This document shows, piece after piece, positions 1 through 9,886 of a DNA stretch of 39,646 nucleotides. The notes under the pieces are model-generated. The model was not told the origin of the DNA and did no database searches. It saw only the letters and a program-made list of their open reading frames with translations. A program made the translations under genes and the position numbers. Numbering within the stretch: position 1 is the first letter of the stretch; the number at the start of each line of letters is the position of its first letter. The DNA lies in the sequence record JN600960.1, one strand, 5' to 3'. This DNA is from Enterobacteria phage IME10.

Positions 1-345
1 TCACCTGGTATCAACGTTGGCTACATTTTCGCTGATGCAGATGTCGCTCCGGATCCGGGCGATGAGCACGGTTTATCAAATAACGCTATCAATGCTGTCA
101 TTTTCAACCTTGCCTGCCGCATTGCACCGGATTATGCGCTGGAAGCGTCTGCAAAACTTATAACCACTGCCAGATACGGGAAAGAGCGACTCGTCAAACT
201 GTCTGCAATGGACAGAGCAAAAGCTGCTAAATGTAAGTCCGGTTATCCAAACCGTATGCCTGTTGGTAGCGGTAATCAGTTGGCGAAGTGGAACGGTTGG
301 AATTACTTCCACCGAAAGGAACCTTGCGATAACGGGAGCGAATAA
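1..345 (+). CDS. Head completion protein gp4, C-terminal portion (5' part lies at window end)
   Basis: Open frame from position 1 to TAA at 343-345, immediately followed by gp10 ATG at 346; position in P22 gene order. Confidence 0.7.
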   Translation, partial: SPGINVGYIFADADVAPDPGDEHGLSNNAINAVIFNLACRIAPDYALEASAKLITTARYGKERLVKLSAMDRAKAAKCKSGYPNRMPVGSGNQLAKWNGWNYFHRKEPCDNGSE

Positions 346-1764
346 ATGCCGATTCAGCAACTTCCGCTTATGAAAGGTGTCGGCAAAGACTTTCGAAACG
401 CTGACTATATCGACTATCTGCCAGTGAATATGTTGGCTACACCAAAAGAAATCCTTAACAGCAGCGGATATCTTCGCTCATTCCCGGGCATTGCCAAACG
501 TTCTGATGTGAACGGCGTATCGCGCGGCGTCGATTACAACATGGCGCAGAATGCTGTTTATCGTGTGTGTGGTGGCAAGCTGTACAAAGGAGAAAGTGAA
601 GTCGGTGACGTCGCCGGAAGTGGTCGCGTATCAATGGCGCATGGGCGGACATCACAGGCGGTAGGCGTTAATGGTCAACTGGTCGAACACCGCTATGATG
701 GCACGGTTAAAACCGTCTCAAACTGGCCTACGGACAGCGGATTCACGCAGTATGAGTTAGGTTCTGTTCGTGACATTACGCGCTTACGTGGGCGTTATGC
801 GTGGTCAAAAGACGGTACTGATTCATGGTTTATCACTGACCTTGAAGACGAATCACATCCTGACCGATACAGCGCACAATATCGTGCCGAGTCGCAGCCT
901 GACGGCATCATCGGAATCGGAACATGGCGAGACTTCATCGTCTGCTTTGGTTCATCGACGATTGAGTATTTTTCCCTGACTGGCGCAACCACCGTTGGTG
1001 CCGCTTTGTATGTCGCACAGCCATCACTGATGGTGCAAAAAGGCATCGCCGGGACTTACTGCAAAACGCCATTCGCTGATTCTTATGCGTTCATCAGCAA
1101 TCCGGCAACAGGTGCTCCGTCTGTATACATCATCGGATCCGGTCAGGTTTCACCAATCGCCAGCGCGAGCATTGAGAAAATCCTCCGCTCCTACACTGCT
1201 GATGAACTGGCTGATGGTGTGATGGAATCGCTGAGATTTGATGCTCATGAGTTGCTGATTATCCACCTTCCGCGCCATGTTCTCGTGTACGACGCATCTT
1301 CAAGCGCCAATGGTCCGCAATGGTGTGTGTTGAAAACTGGCTTGTATGACGATGTGTACCGCGCTATCGACTTCATTTACGAAGGCAATCAGATAACGTG
1401 CGGAGATAAGCTGGAATCGGTTACCGGCAAATTGCAGTTCGATATCAGCAGCCAGTACGACAAGCAGCAGGAACACCTGCTGTTTACTCCGTTGTTCAAA
1501 GCGGATAACGCCAGAGTTTTCGACCTTGAGGTTGAATCGTCAACTGGCGTTGCGCAGTACGCCGACCGCCTGTTCCTCTCTGCAACCACTGACGGCATAA
1601 ATTACGGTCGTGAGCAGATGATTGAGCAGAATGAACCGTTCGTTTACGACAAGCGTGTTTTGTGGAAGCGAGTCGGGCGCATCAGGAAAAATGTCGGCTT
1701 CAAATTGCGAGTTATCACGAAGTCACCTGTCACTCTGTCAGGCTGCCAGATAAGGATTGAGTAA
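346..1764 (+). CDS. Packaged-DNA stabilisation / head completion protein gp10
   Basis: 472 aa ORF, same length and position as P22 gp10. Confidence 0.8.
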   Translation: MPIQQLPLMKGVGKDFRNADYIDYLPVNMLATPKEILNSSGYLRSFPGIAKRSDVNGVSRGVDYNMAQNAVYRVCGGKLYKGESEVGDVAGSGRVSMAHGRTSQAVGVNGQLVEHRYDGTVKTVSNWPTDSGFTQYELGSVRDITRLRGRYAWSKDGTDSWFITDLEDESHPDRYSAQYRAESQPDGIIGIGTWRDFIVCFGSSTIEYFSLTGATTVGAALYVAQPSLMVQKGIAGTYCKTPFADSYAFISNPATGAPSVYIIGSGQVSPIASASIEKILRSYTADELADGVMESLRFDAHELLIIHLPRHVLVYDASSSANGPQWCVLKTGLYDDVYRAIDFIYEGNQITCGDKLESVTGKLQFDISSQYDKQQEHLLFTPLFKADNARVFDLEVESSTGVAQYADRLFLSATTDGINYGREQMIEQNEPFVYDKRVLWKRVGRIRKNVGFKLRVITKSPVTLSGCQIRIE

Positions 1765-2465
1765 TGGTTGATTCATCACTGAATGATCCTGTTGTGGTTC
1801 AGGCTACGCGCCTTGATGCTTCAATTTTGCCACGCAATATATTCAGCCAGTCTTACCTACTATATGTCATAAATCAGGGAGCTGATGTCGGTGCAATTGC
1901 TGGGAAGGCAAATCAGGCTGGCCAGGGCGCTTACGATGCTCAGGTGAAAAACGATGAACAGGACGTCGAACTGGCAGATCACGATGCAAGAATCACCGCA
2001 AACACAAAAGCGATAAATCTCCTTGAGGTCAGGTTAACAACTGCCGAAGGGAAGATAGTCGTACTGCGTAGCGATGTTGATTACTTGCTGGATGAGGTTA
2101 TCGATATTCAGGCGCATCTGGTCACTGTTGACCAAAGACTGGATGACGTAGAAAACGATGTCTCTGGCATTAAGAGTGATTACGTATCGAAAACCGTAAC
2201 AGAATCGCAGTCTCTTGCGTCACCGCTGGATGTAAAAACATCATATTCAGTTGATGGAATTCAGGTCGTTGGAGCAAGGCAGACCGGATGGACAGCGGCC
2301 ACAGGCACACCACTTCTTGGCTCATTCAACGCTAACCAGTCATACACGGTCGGCACTACGTACACACAATCCGAAGTCGCAGCTCTCGCTACAGGTTTGC
2401 AGCAGGCGCGGCAGCGTATTCTGGCGCTTGAAACAGCACTTAGATTACATGGGCTGATTGACTGA
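1764..2465 (+). CDS. Tail needle protein gp26
   Basis: 233 aa ORF, ATGA-type start overlap with gp10, coiled-coil-like middle, P22 gp26 length and position. Confidence 0.8.
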   Translation: MVDSSLNDPVVVQATRLDASILPRNIFSQSYLLYVINQGADVGAIAGKANQAGQGAYDAQVKNDEQDVELADHDARITANTKAINLLEVRLTTAEGKIVVLRSDVDYLLDEVIDIQAHLVTVDQRLDDVENDVSGIKSDYVSKTVTESQSLASPLDVKTSYSVDGIQVVGARQTGWTAATGTPLLGSFNANQSYTVGTTYTQSEVAALATGLQQARQRILALETALRLHGLID

Positions 2466-2920
2466 TGATTACATTCAAACCAACGCGAAACATCGACCTG
2501 ATAGAAGCAGTCGGAAATCACCCTGACATTATTGCCGGGAGCAACAACGGTGATGGATACGACTACAAGCCTGAATGCCGTTACTTTGAGGTTAACGTGC
2601 ACGGTCAGTTTGGCGGCATTGTTTACTATCAGGAGATTCAGCCGCTGACATTCGATTGCCACGCCATGTACCTGCCAGAGATTCGCGGCTTCAGCAAGGA
2701 AATCGGGCTGGCGTTCTGGCGATACATTCTGACTAACACCACCGTTCAGTGCGTCACATCGTTCGCTGCGCGCAAATTCCGCCACGGTCAGATGTACTGC
2801 GCAATGATTGGCCTTAAGCGTGTAGGAACCATCAAGAAATACTTCAAAGGCGTGGATGACGTGACGTTTTACAGCGCCACACGCGAAGAACTAATCGAAT
2901 TCCTGAATCACGGGAGATAG
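2465..2920 (+). CDS. Head assembly / ejection-associated protein gp14
   Basis: 151 aa ORF in the P22 gene 14 position, overlapping start with gp26 stop. Confidence 0.7.
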   Translation: MITFKPTRNIDLIEAVGNHPDIIAGSNNGDGYDYKPECRYFEVNVHGQFGGIVYYQEIQPLTFDCHAMYLPEIRGFSKEIGLAFWRYILTNTTVQCVTSFAARKFRHGQMYCAMIGLKRVGTIKKYFKGVDDVTFYSATREELIEFLNHGR

Positions 2921-2922
2921 CC

Positions 2923-3615
2923 ATGTTATATGCATTTAAGCTGGGCAGAAAACTGCGCGGCGAGGAACCTTATTGCCCTGAAAAAGGCGGGAAAGGTGGC
3001 AGCTCTGATAAAAGCGCAAAGTATGCAGCAGAAGCTCAGAAGTATGCCGCAGACCTGCAAAATCAGCAGTGGCAGACGATCATGAAAAACCTTGCTCCGT
3101 TCACGCCTCTTGCGGAGCAGTATGTTAACCAGCTTCAGAACCTTTCCAGTTTAGAAGGTCAGGGGCAGGCACTTAATCAGTATTACAACTCTCAGCAGTA
3201 TAAAGACCTTGCAGGTCAGGCTCGTTACCAGAGTCTTGCTGCTGCGGAGGCGACGGGGGGACTTGGTTCGACAGCCACAAGCAATCAACTGGCTACGATC
3301 GCGCCGACTCTCGGTCAGTCTTGGTTATCAAACCAGATGAGCAATTACAACAATCTGGCAAACGTTGGTCTTGGTGCTCTGCAAGGTCAGGCAAACGCTG
3401 GGCAGACATACGCCAACAACATGAGCAGCATTGCACAGCAAAGTGCAGCACTTGCCGCTGCTAATGCCAATAAACCATCAAGTCTTCAGACTGCAATTAG
3501 CGGTGGCACGTCTGGTGCGATTGCCGGTGCAGGTCTTGCCAGTCTTTTGGGAACATCAACGCCTTGGGGCGCTGGCATTGGTGCTGGTATCGGATTGCTT
3601 GGCTCGTTGTTTTAA
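2923..3615 (+). CDS. Ejection (internal virion) protein gp7
   Basis: 230 aa ORF with Gln/Ala/Gly-rich low-complexity C-terminus, P22 gp7 length and position. Confidence 0.75.
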   Translation: MLYAFKLGRKLRGEEPYCPEKGGKGGSSDKSAKYAAEAQKYAADLQNQQWQTIMKNLAPFTPLAEQYVNQLQNLSSLEGQGQALNQYYNSQQYKDLAGQARYQSLAAAEATGGLGSTATSNQLATIAPTLGQSWLSNQMSNYNNLANVGLGALQGQANAGQTYANNMSSIAQQSAALAAANANKPSSLQTAISGGTSGAIAGAGLASLLGTSTPWGAGIGAGIGLLGSLF

Positions 3616-3624
3616 GGGGTAATC

Positions 3625-4956
3625 ATGGCTACTTGGCAAGGAACAAACGGCGGATTGTTGGCTGGTATCGGCGGCGTCAACTCAAACGCTCCGAGCGTAA
3701 ATGACATCGGCAATACGCTTCAGCTTATCAGGCAGAACAATGATATTGAGCGTTCAGGCGCTAACAATGTTGGGCTGACTGCTTTGCAAGGCCTTTCAGG
3801 TATTGCGGGGGTGTTTCAGCAGGAAAAGCAGGCTCAGCGGCAGAAAGAATTTCAGCAGGCATACGCTAATGCTTATGCGTCTGGTGATCGCGGTGCTTTG
3901 CGTCAGTTGGCTACTCAATATCCAGACCAGATTGAATCCGTTCGTAAAGGCATGGGATTCATTGATGAAGAGCAGCGTAATTCTATCGGCACCTTAGCAG
4001 CTGGCGCACGCCTTGCGTCATCGTCTCCAGAAGCAATGCAATCATGGCTGCAAAACAACGCCGGTGAGTTAGATCGTGTTGGCGTTAATCCTCATGACGT
4101 CGCTCAGATGTACCAACAGAACCCGCGGCAGTTCGGCGAATTTGTCGATCACCTGGGGATGAACAGTCTCGGGCCCGAAAAATACTTTGACCTACAGGAT
4201 AAAATGCAGGGTCGCCAGGTTACCATGCGCGGTCAGGATCTGGATTCGCAAACCGCCGCTCGGAATCAGGCAATCACAATGCGCGGACAAGATATCCAGG
4301 CGGATTTAGGTCAGCAGCGCATTAATCTGGACGCAGAAACAAACCGCATTAACAACGAAAATAAGCGCCTTGACCGGATGCTATCAGCAGAAACTAACGA
4401 CCTGAAGCGCCAGGAAATACAGAGCCGCATAGCAGCCAACAACCAGCAGTTGCAGCAGAAGCAGCAAGCGCTAAATGATGGCTACAAAGACGGCATCAAC
4501 ACCCTCACAACCAGCATGTTCACTCTGAACGATATCGTTAGTTCTCCTTCACTTAAGAGCATTACAGGCTTACGTGGAGTAATCCCCAACGTTCCAGGCT
4601 CACAGGCTGCAGACACTCAGGCACGACTTGATACCTTTAAATCACAAGCATACCTGACAGCGGTTCAGGCCATGCGAGGCATGGGCGCACTTTCTGATGC
4701 CGAGGGCAAAAAGCTCGACCAGGCTGTTGGTTCGCTGCAGAACTCGCAGAGCGAGGAGTCCTTTCGTCGCAACGCTGGCGTCATCCTGAACACGCTCAAC
4801 CAGAAGCGTAATGAGGCGGTTGGTAAGTACGTTCAGCAAAACGGTATCAAGCGAGTGGAAGCGCCTCAGGCTTCTATAGATTACCTGAAGCAGCACCCCG
4901 AGCTGTCAATCGACTTCATTAATCGCTACGGATATCTTCCATCTTTGGGGCAGTAA
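3625..4956 (+). CDS. Ejection protein gp20
   Basis: 443 aa ORF between gp7 and gp16 homologs, coiled-coil-rich. Confidence 0.7.
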   Translation: MATWQGTNGGLLAGIGGVNSNAPSVNDIGNTLQLIRQNNDIERSGANNVGLTALQGLSGIAGVFQQEKQAQRQKEFQQAYANAYASGDRGALRQLATQYPDQIESVRKGMGFIDEEQRNSIGTLAAGARLASSSPEAMQSWLQNNAGELDRVGVNPHDVAQMYQQNPRQFGEFVDHLGMNSLGPEKYFDLQDKMQGRQVTMRGQDLDSQTAARNQAITMRGQDIQADLGQQRINLDAETNRINNENKRLDRMLSAETNDLKRQEIQSRIAANNQQLQQKQQALNDGYKDGINTLTTSMFTLNDIVSSPSLKSITGLRGVIPNVPGSQAADTQARLDTFKSQAYLTAVQAMRGMGALSDAEGKKLDQAVGSLQNSQSEESFRRNAGVILNTLNQKRNEAVGKYVQQNGIKRVEAPQASIDYLKQHPELSIDFINRYGYLPSLGQ

Positions 4957-7350
4957 ATGGCTAATTACCGTGATTTGTTAGAGCAGGCTGGCGCACGTTA
5001 CGGTGTGCCAGAAGGGTTGATGACTGCACTGGGTGCCAAGGAGTCTTCTTACAACCCTGCCGCAGTAAGCTCCGCCGGGGCTGTAGGATTGACTCAGGTC
5101 ATGCCTGGGACATGGCGTGATATGGGTTATACCGATGAGCAAATGCAAAACCCCGAATATCAGGCTGACGCTGGCGCGCGCTATCTGGCAAAGATGTACC
5201 AGCAGTTTGGTAACTGGCGTGACGCTCTTCAGGCTTATCACGACGGTCCCGGCAACGTTATGAAGGCAAAGCGTGGTGAATATACGCCAGGACCTGAAGG
5301 CCGCGGTTACGTTGATGATCGCTTTGCTCAATGGGCGGGTGACCCGGTGACAGACTCAACAGTCGAACAGCGCGCCACCTCTGCAAAGGTACATCCTCAG
5401 CAAGACCCTAACAACCCGTTTGCACAACTGGAAGCACAGTCATCCGAACAAGTATCGGCATCAGGCGTGCAGTCAGACCCAAATAATCCATTTGCTCAGA
5501 TTGAGCAGCAGGCAGCCAGTCAGCAGCCACCTCAACCCGTAAGTTCTGTCGCACCGAAACCTGTTCAGCAGCAAGGCGGAATAATGTCTGACCTTGGTAA
5601 TGGACTTGCTGAAACCGGGCGCGGCTTACTACAGGCAGGAATCAACGTAGCGAACATACCTGCTGAACTCACTGATGCTGTAACAAGCGCGGCGGCTTGG
5701 GCTGGCGGTAAACTCGGCATTGGCGATGGTACATATCAACCAGCGCCACGAGTAACAACGCAGGGATTAGAGCAGGACTTTGGCCTTCAGCAAGGCGCGC
5801 TGACTCCACAAACGACAGAGGGCAGGGTGTTTGCTGAAGCATTGCCTTACCTCACTCCTGCTGGCGTTGAGAGAGCGGCAGCACAGGCACCAACACTTGC
5901 TGGTCGAATTGCTCAGGGGGCAACTCGCCTTCTAGCAGAAAACGCAGTTGGATCACTTGCTGAAAATAGTGCGAAAGATGATGCGGAAGCACTCGCCACC
6001 GATTTAGGCGTTGGTGTGCTGGCTGGCGGTGCTATTAACGCTGCCGGACGTGGATTAGGTGCTGCTTATCGTGGCGTTCGTGGTGCTATTGCGCCAGAAG
6101 CGCAGCAGGCTATCAGATTTGCAGAGCGTGAAGGAGTTCCTCTGCACACCACAGACCTGTTACAGCCTACTTCCCGGGTCGGAAAAATGGCGCAGACTAC
6201 AGCAGAAAATATCCCTCTGGCTGGCACAAGCGGAATGAGAGCAACGCAACAGGAAGCGAGAAGCCAGTTGGTGCAGAGATTTGCTGATAAATTCGGCGAG
6301 TACGATCCGGCAGTTGTTATTGACAGCCTTAAAGCGAAAACATCAGGAATTCGTCGTGCTGCAGGGAGCCGTCTTGAGCAGGTTCAGAATGCAATGGCGG
6401 GAGTCAATATACAGCCTGCGCGAGCAATTCAGCAGATTGATACTGAGATATCTAATCTGCAGAAGCTTGGTAAGGTAGCTGATAACGAGACAATTTCAAA
6501 ACTTCAGTCATATCGTGATGAGCTTGTTCGCAATGCTGGCCCTGATGGTCCGGTAAATCTGGATTTGAAGCAATTAAGCGACCTGCGCAGCCAGTTCAGA
6601 ATGGACGTGAAGGGTGAGCGACCAGTGTTACCAAACCGTTCCGATGCCGCCATTCAGCGCGTTTACAAGGCAATGACTGACGATATCAATGGTGCCATTG
6701 GTCAGAATCTTGGCAACGATACTCTCCGTAAATATCAGCAGGCCAATGCCGTCTATGCTGACGAAGCGGCGAAACTAAAGAATACCAGGCTGAAGAATGT
6801 TCTCATGAAAGGCGACCTGACGCCGGAAGTTGTCAACAACATGCTATTCAGCAAGAACAAATCGGAAATTAAGACGCTGTATAACTCAGTTGGTCGCGTT
6901 GGCAGGGCGCAAATGCGCAATGGCATCATTGGAAAGGCGATGGAGAAATCAGGTGGTTCCCCTGACCAGTTCCTTCGGCAGCTTAATATTCTGCAAAACC
7001 AGACTGGCATCACATTTAAGGGGCAGGACGCTGCTTATCTGAAAGGATTAAAAAACTACCTGCAATCCACGCAGCAGGCAGCAAAAGCGGCAGTAACAAC
7101 ACCAACAGGGCAGCAAACCATCCCGTTTATTATCGGGTATGGGACGGCAATGAACCCGGCGACAACTGGCGCAGCAGTAAGCTACGGACTTCTTACTCGC
7201 GCCTATGAGAGCGAGCCATTCAGAAATGCAATGCTCCGAATGGCAAACACCCCACGCGGTTCAACAGCGTTTGAGAAAGCCATGCAGCAGGCACAAAAGG
7301 CAATTAACGCTATGACGCAGGGGGCTAAGTCTGATGCGTTGTCAGAATAG
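4957..7350 (+). CDS. Ejection protein gp16-like with N-terminal soluble lytic transglycosylase domain
   Basis: 797 aa; N-terminus has SLT-like motifs (GAKESSYNPAAVSSAGAVGLTQVMPGTW); position of P22 gene 16 but longer than my recollection of P22 gp16. Confidence 0.75.
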   Translation: MANYRDLLEQAGARYGVPEGLMTALGAKESSYNPAAVSSAGAVGLTQVMPGTWRDMGYTDEQMQNPEYQADAGARYLAKMYQQFGNWRDALQAYHDGPGNVMKAKRGEYTPGPEGRGYVDDRFAQWAGDPVTDSTVEQRATSAKVHPQQDPNNPFAQLEAQSSEQVSASGVQSDPNNPFAQIEQQAASQQPPQPVSSVAPKPVQQQGGIMSDLGNGLAETGRGLLQAGINVANIPAELTDAVTSAAAWAGGKLGIGDGTYQPAPRVTTQGLEQDFGLQQGALTPQTTEGRVFAEALPYLTPAGVERAAAQAPTLAGRIAQGATRLLAENAVGSLAENSAKDDAEALATDLGVGVLAGGAINAAGRGLGAAYRGVRGAIAPEAQQAIRFAEREGVPLHTTDLLQPTSRVGKMAQTTAENIPLAGTSGMRATQQEARSQLVQRFADKFGEYDPAVVIDSLKAKTSGIRRAAGSRLEQVQNAMAGVNIQPARAIQQIDTEISNLQKLGKVADNETISKLQSYRDELVRNAGPDGPVNLDLKQLSDLRSQFRMDVKGERPVLPNRSDAAIQRVYKAMTDDINGAIGQNLGNDTLRKYQQANAVYADEAAKLKNTRLKNVLMKGDLTPEVVNNMLFSKNKSEIKTLYNSVGRVGRAQMRNGIIGKAMEKSGGSPDQFLRQLNILQNQTGITFKGQDAAYLKGLKNYLQSTQQAAKAAVTTPTGQQTIPFIIGYGTAMNPATTGAAVSYGLLTRAYESEPFRNAMLRMANTPRGSTAFEKAMQQAQKAINAMTQGAKSDALSE

Positions 7351-7439
7351 CTTTTCAAACACCAGGAACGTGCAAAAACCAAATATGTAGAACGCAATAT
7401 TCAGCATATCTCTTTGCATAAATCCTCCGTAACTGATGG

Positions 7440-7733
7440 TTAGCTACTGTCTTTTTTATATAGCTTCTTGAGCGTATCAAAGACAATTTTCTTAACCATA
7501 TCAGATTGTTGTTCTGCCATACGCTCTGCATCGTCAATGTAAACTGATGCAGAGCTTTGTTTATCCAATGATTCTTCAATCGCTGCAATTATCTCTGAGT
7601 TCAGCGACCTGTTATTCATCTTCGCGCGCTGTTTAATTTTCGCGTGGAGTTCATGCGGAAGTCTCAAGTGAAACTGCGCCTCGTCGTATTTGCTGTACAT
7701 CCTTGATGCCTCACCAGTTGGGTGGAATGGCAT
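7440..7733 (-). CDS. mnt: Mnt-like ribbon-helix-helix repressor
   Basis: 97 aa; C-terminal DAERMAEQQSDMVKKIVFDTLKKLYKK resembles P22 Mnt as I recall it; Arc/MetJ-type N-terminal region; lies between gene 16 and the tailspike as in P22 immI. Confidence 0.7.
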   Translation of the reverse strand: MPFHPTGEASRMYSKYDEAQFHLRLPHELHAKIKQRAKMNNRSLNSEIIAAIEESLDKQSSASVYIDDAERMAEQQSDMVKKIVFDTLKKLYKKDSS

Positions 7734-7773
7734 CGTAACCTACTGGATAAATACTCAATAGTACCATTTCGGT

Positions 7774-7796
7774 ATGCAATCACATCATGATTGCAT
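7774..7796. promoter_or_regulatory. Candidate Mnt operator: perfect 9-bp inverted repeat ATGCAATCA-N5-TGATTGCAT
   Basis: Palindrome read directly in the mnt-tailspike intergenic region, about 25 bp upstream of the tailspike start. Confidence 0.4.
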
Positions 7797-7821
7797 CATA
7801 TCATTCGTCTGGAGCAATGAA

Positions 7822-9642
7822 ATGTCAGATATCACCGCAAATGTTGTGGTAAGCATGCCTTCGCAACTATTCACTATGGCGCGTTCTTTTAAAGCCGTAG
7901 CCAATGGAAAAATTTATATCGGTAAAATTGACACTGACCCGGTAAATCCTGAAAACCAGATTCAGGTTTATGTGGAAAACGAAGACGGTTCTCACGTTCC
8001 TGTTGCACAGCCAATCATCATTAACGCTGCTGGTTACCCTGTATATAATGGACAGATTGCCAAATTCGTAACTGTGCAAGGCCATTCGATGGCTGTATAC
8101 GATGCGTATGGTGTGCAGCAGTTTTATTACCCGAATGTGCTGAAGTATGACCCTGATCAGTTGGAGCAACGATTGTCTTCACCTGGTGGCGCAGTGTATA
8201 TAGGTGGCGTTGGTGGTGGAAATTTATCCCAAATAATAAATGCGGTATCTCCAGAACAGTTCGGAGCAGTAGGAGACGGATTCACTGATGATATTGAAGC
8301 TCTCGATGCTTGCATGGCTTTTGCGAGAGAAAAACCATTAGACATTATATTTAGTAAGACATACGCAATTTCACGTCCTTATGTTATTTACATGGGAAAT
8401 AAAAAAAATCCTCGCCATATTGGTCAAGGGTCCATGGCGAAAATAATATTAACCACAACAACAAAATCTGGATTGGGTAGTGACTCATACGGTACTGATT
8501 TGAATGTAAACGCAGCTGTTATTGTAGCCGCGATCACAGGTACAGGGCATAACCAACAACCCCAGAACTTTCGGTGGGAAAACATTGACCTTGACACCAC
8601 TGTAGATGCAGATTACGGCATGTACACGTCAAAAATGCAGTCCGCGGCAGTCAGTAATTTCAGGACGTATAATTTCAAGACAGGTATTCAGGATAACGGT
8701 TCCTGGAATACGTTGTATGAAAACATTAAGATGTCTGCCCACTCCACCGTAGGTTTCCGTAAAAATGCTGGTACTAGTACTACTATCCGTAACTGTTACG
8801 TAGAGAAATCGAAAGTTGGTTATCGTGTTTACAGCGGATACTCTCAGATTGAAGGGTGTGCATGCGACACTAGCACTGATGTCTCGTATTGGATTGAAGG
8901 TAACCCAGTAGCTTTAAGTAGTGACAGCACGTTTTCTCTTGTGTCATGTGGCGCAGAGAATTCAGGGACGGCCGTGGTACGAATTACTGGGACACTAACA
9001 GCAAGTATTATCAACTTTCAATCATTTAATTGGTCACAACAGCAAGACCCGACACCAGATTGTTTCTTAGATATTCAGTCCAACACTGCTAGCATTTCAG
9101 TTGAAGAGGTCAGATATCTTGGTGTTGCTCGCAGGATAAAAGACACTGGAACAAACAACACAGTTATCATAAGAAATATGACGACTCGTGGTACAGATGT
9201 TAGAGATCAGGATACCTATCCAAATAGCACTAGAATTATTGAGCTTAATCATAACGGTGTGCGAGTAGCGACAGGTTACGATAAAAATGGGATTTTGATC
9301 ACTGAAGATAATATGACCGATTCAATCGGAAGTACTACATGGTCAAGGCTATTTAACAAACAAAAAATTTGGCGCTATAGGGGTATAGTAACAAGAACAA
9401 GCGGTCAGAGTTACGGAAGGTTACAGATCAATATTCCGTTCACTATGGCTGATAATAGTTATAGCGTTGCTATTACACCAGAAGTGTATCACACCGATAT
9501 GGCAACATATGGTTACCAATGTTCAGTAGGCCCAACTGATAAAACAACAACATCATTCTTCATCAACGTAAACTCTGGAACAGGTAACACGTCATGGAAC
9601 AGTATAGCTGTTGACGTAATTGTGATGGGGCTTTCTATCTAA
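7822..9642 (+). CDS. Tailspike protein: P22-type N-terminal head-binding domain plus a different beta-helix receptor-binding domain
   Basis: Start [11 protein letters not shown] with GGAG RBS 7 nt upstream; first ~115 aa closely resemble the P22 gp9 N-terminus as recalled; remainder differs and contains the [11 protein letters not shown] motif typical of pectate-lyase-like beta-helix depolymerases. Confidence 0.85.
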   Translation: MSDITANVVVSMPSQLFTMARSFKAVANGKIYIGKIDTDPVNPENQIQVYVENEDGSHVPVAQPIIINAAGYPVYNGQIAKFVTVQGHSMAVYDAYGVQQFYYPNVLKYDPDQLEQRLSSPGGAVYIGGVGGGNLSQIINAVSPEQFGAVGDGFTDDIEALDACMAFAREKPLDIIFSKTYAISRPYVIYMGNKKNPRHIGQGSMAKIILTTTTKSGLGSDSYGTDLNVNAAVIVAAITGTGHNQQPQNFRWENIDLDTTVDADYGMYTSKMQSAAVSNFRTYNFKTGIQDNGSWNTLYENIKMSAHSTVGFRKNAGTSTTIRNCYVEKSKVGYRVYSGYSQIEGCACDTSTDVSYWIEGNPVALSSDSTFSLVSCGAENSGTAVVRITGTLTASIINFQSFNWSQQQDPTPDCFLDIQSNTASISVEEVRYLGVARRIKDTGTNNTVIIRNMTTRGTDVRDQDTYPNSTRIIELNHNGVRVATGYDKNGILITEDNMTDSIGSTTWSRLFNKQKIWRYRGIVTRTSGQSYGRLQINIPFTMADNSYSVAITPEVYHTDMATYGYQCSVGPTDKTTTSFFINVNSGTGNTSWNSIAVDVIVMGLSI

Positions 9643-9886
9643 TTAATGTGTTGCGATGGAATTGGCTAATGTGATATATGCAATTCCATCACTTCATTGT
9701 ATGCGGTTGATGACATGTGATATTTGTAATTAGATTAATAATAACTAAGTTTACTATACAGAAAGGAGGTTATATTGCTCTACTACATGGTATGCCATGA
9801 TATAAAATGTGATCTATATCTCAAGTTGCTTATTTATTATTTCCATGCTAAGATAAATTCCCGTTAATAATTATATTATATCTTCT

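Noticed and set aside
2261-2785. 174-aa minus-strand ORF antisense to gp26/gp14
   Set aside because: Lies entirely antisense within well-supported structural genes; typical spurious antisense frame.
7355-7588. 77-aa minus-strand ORF overlapping mnt
   Set aside because: Out-of-frame overlap with the better-supported Mnt-like gene; no RBS.
7774-7821. Upstream extension of the tailspike ORF ([16 protein letters not shown]...)
   Set aside because: The extension covers the palindromic operator and lacks an RBS; the ATG at 7822 has a GGAG RBS and gives the canonical tailspike N-terminus.
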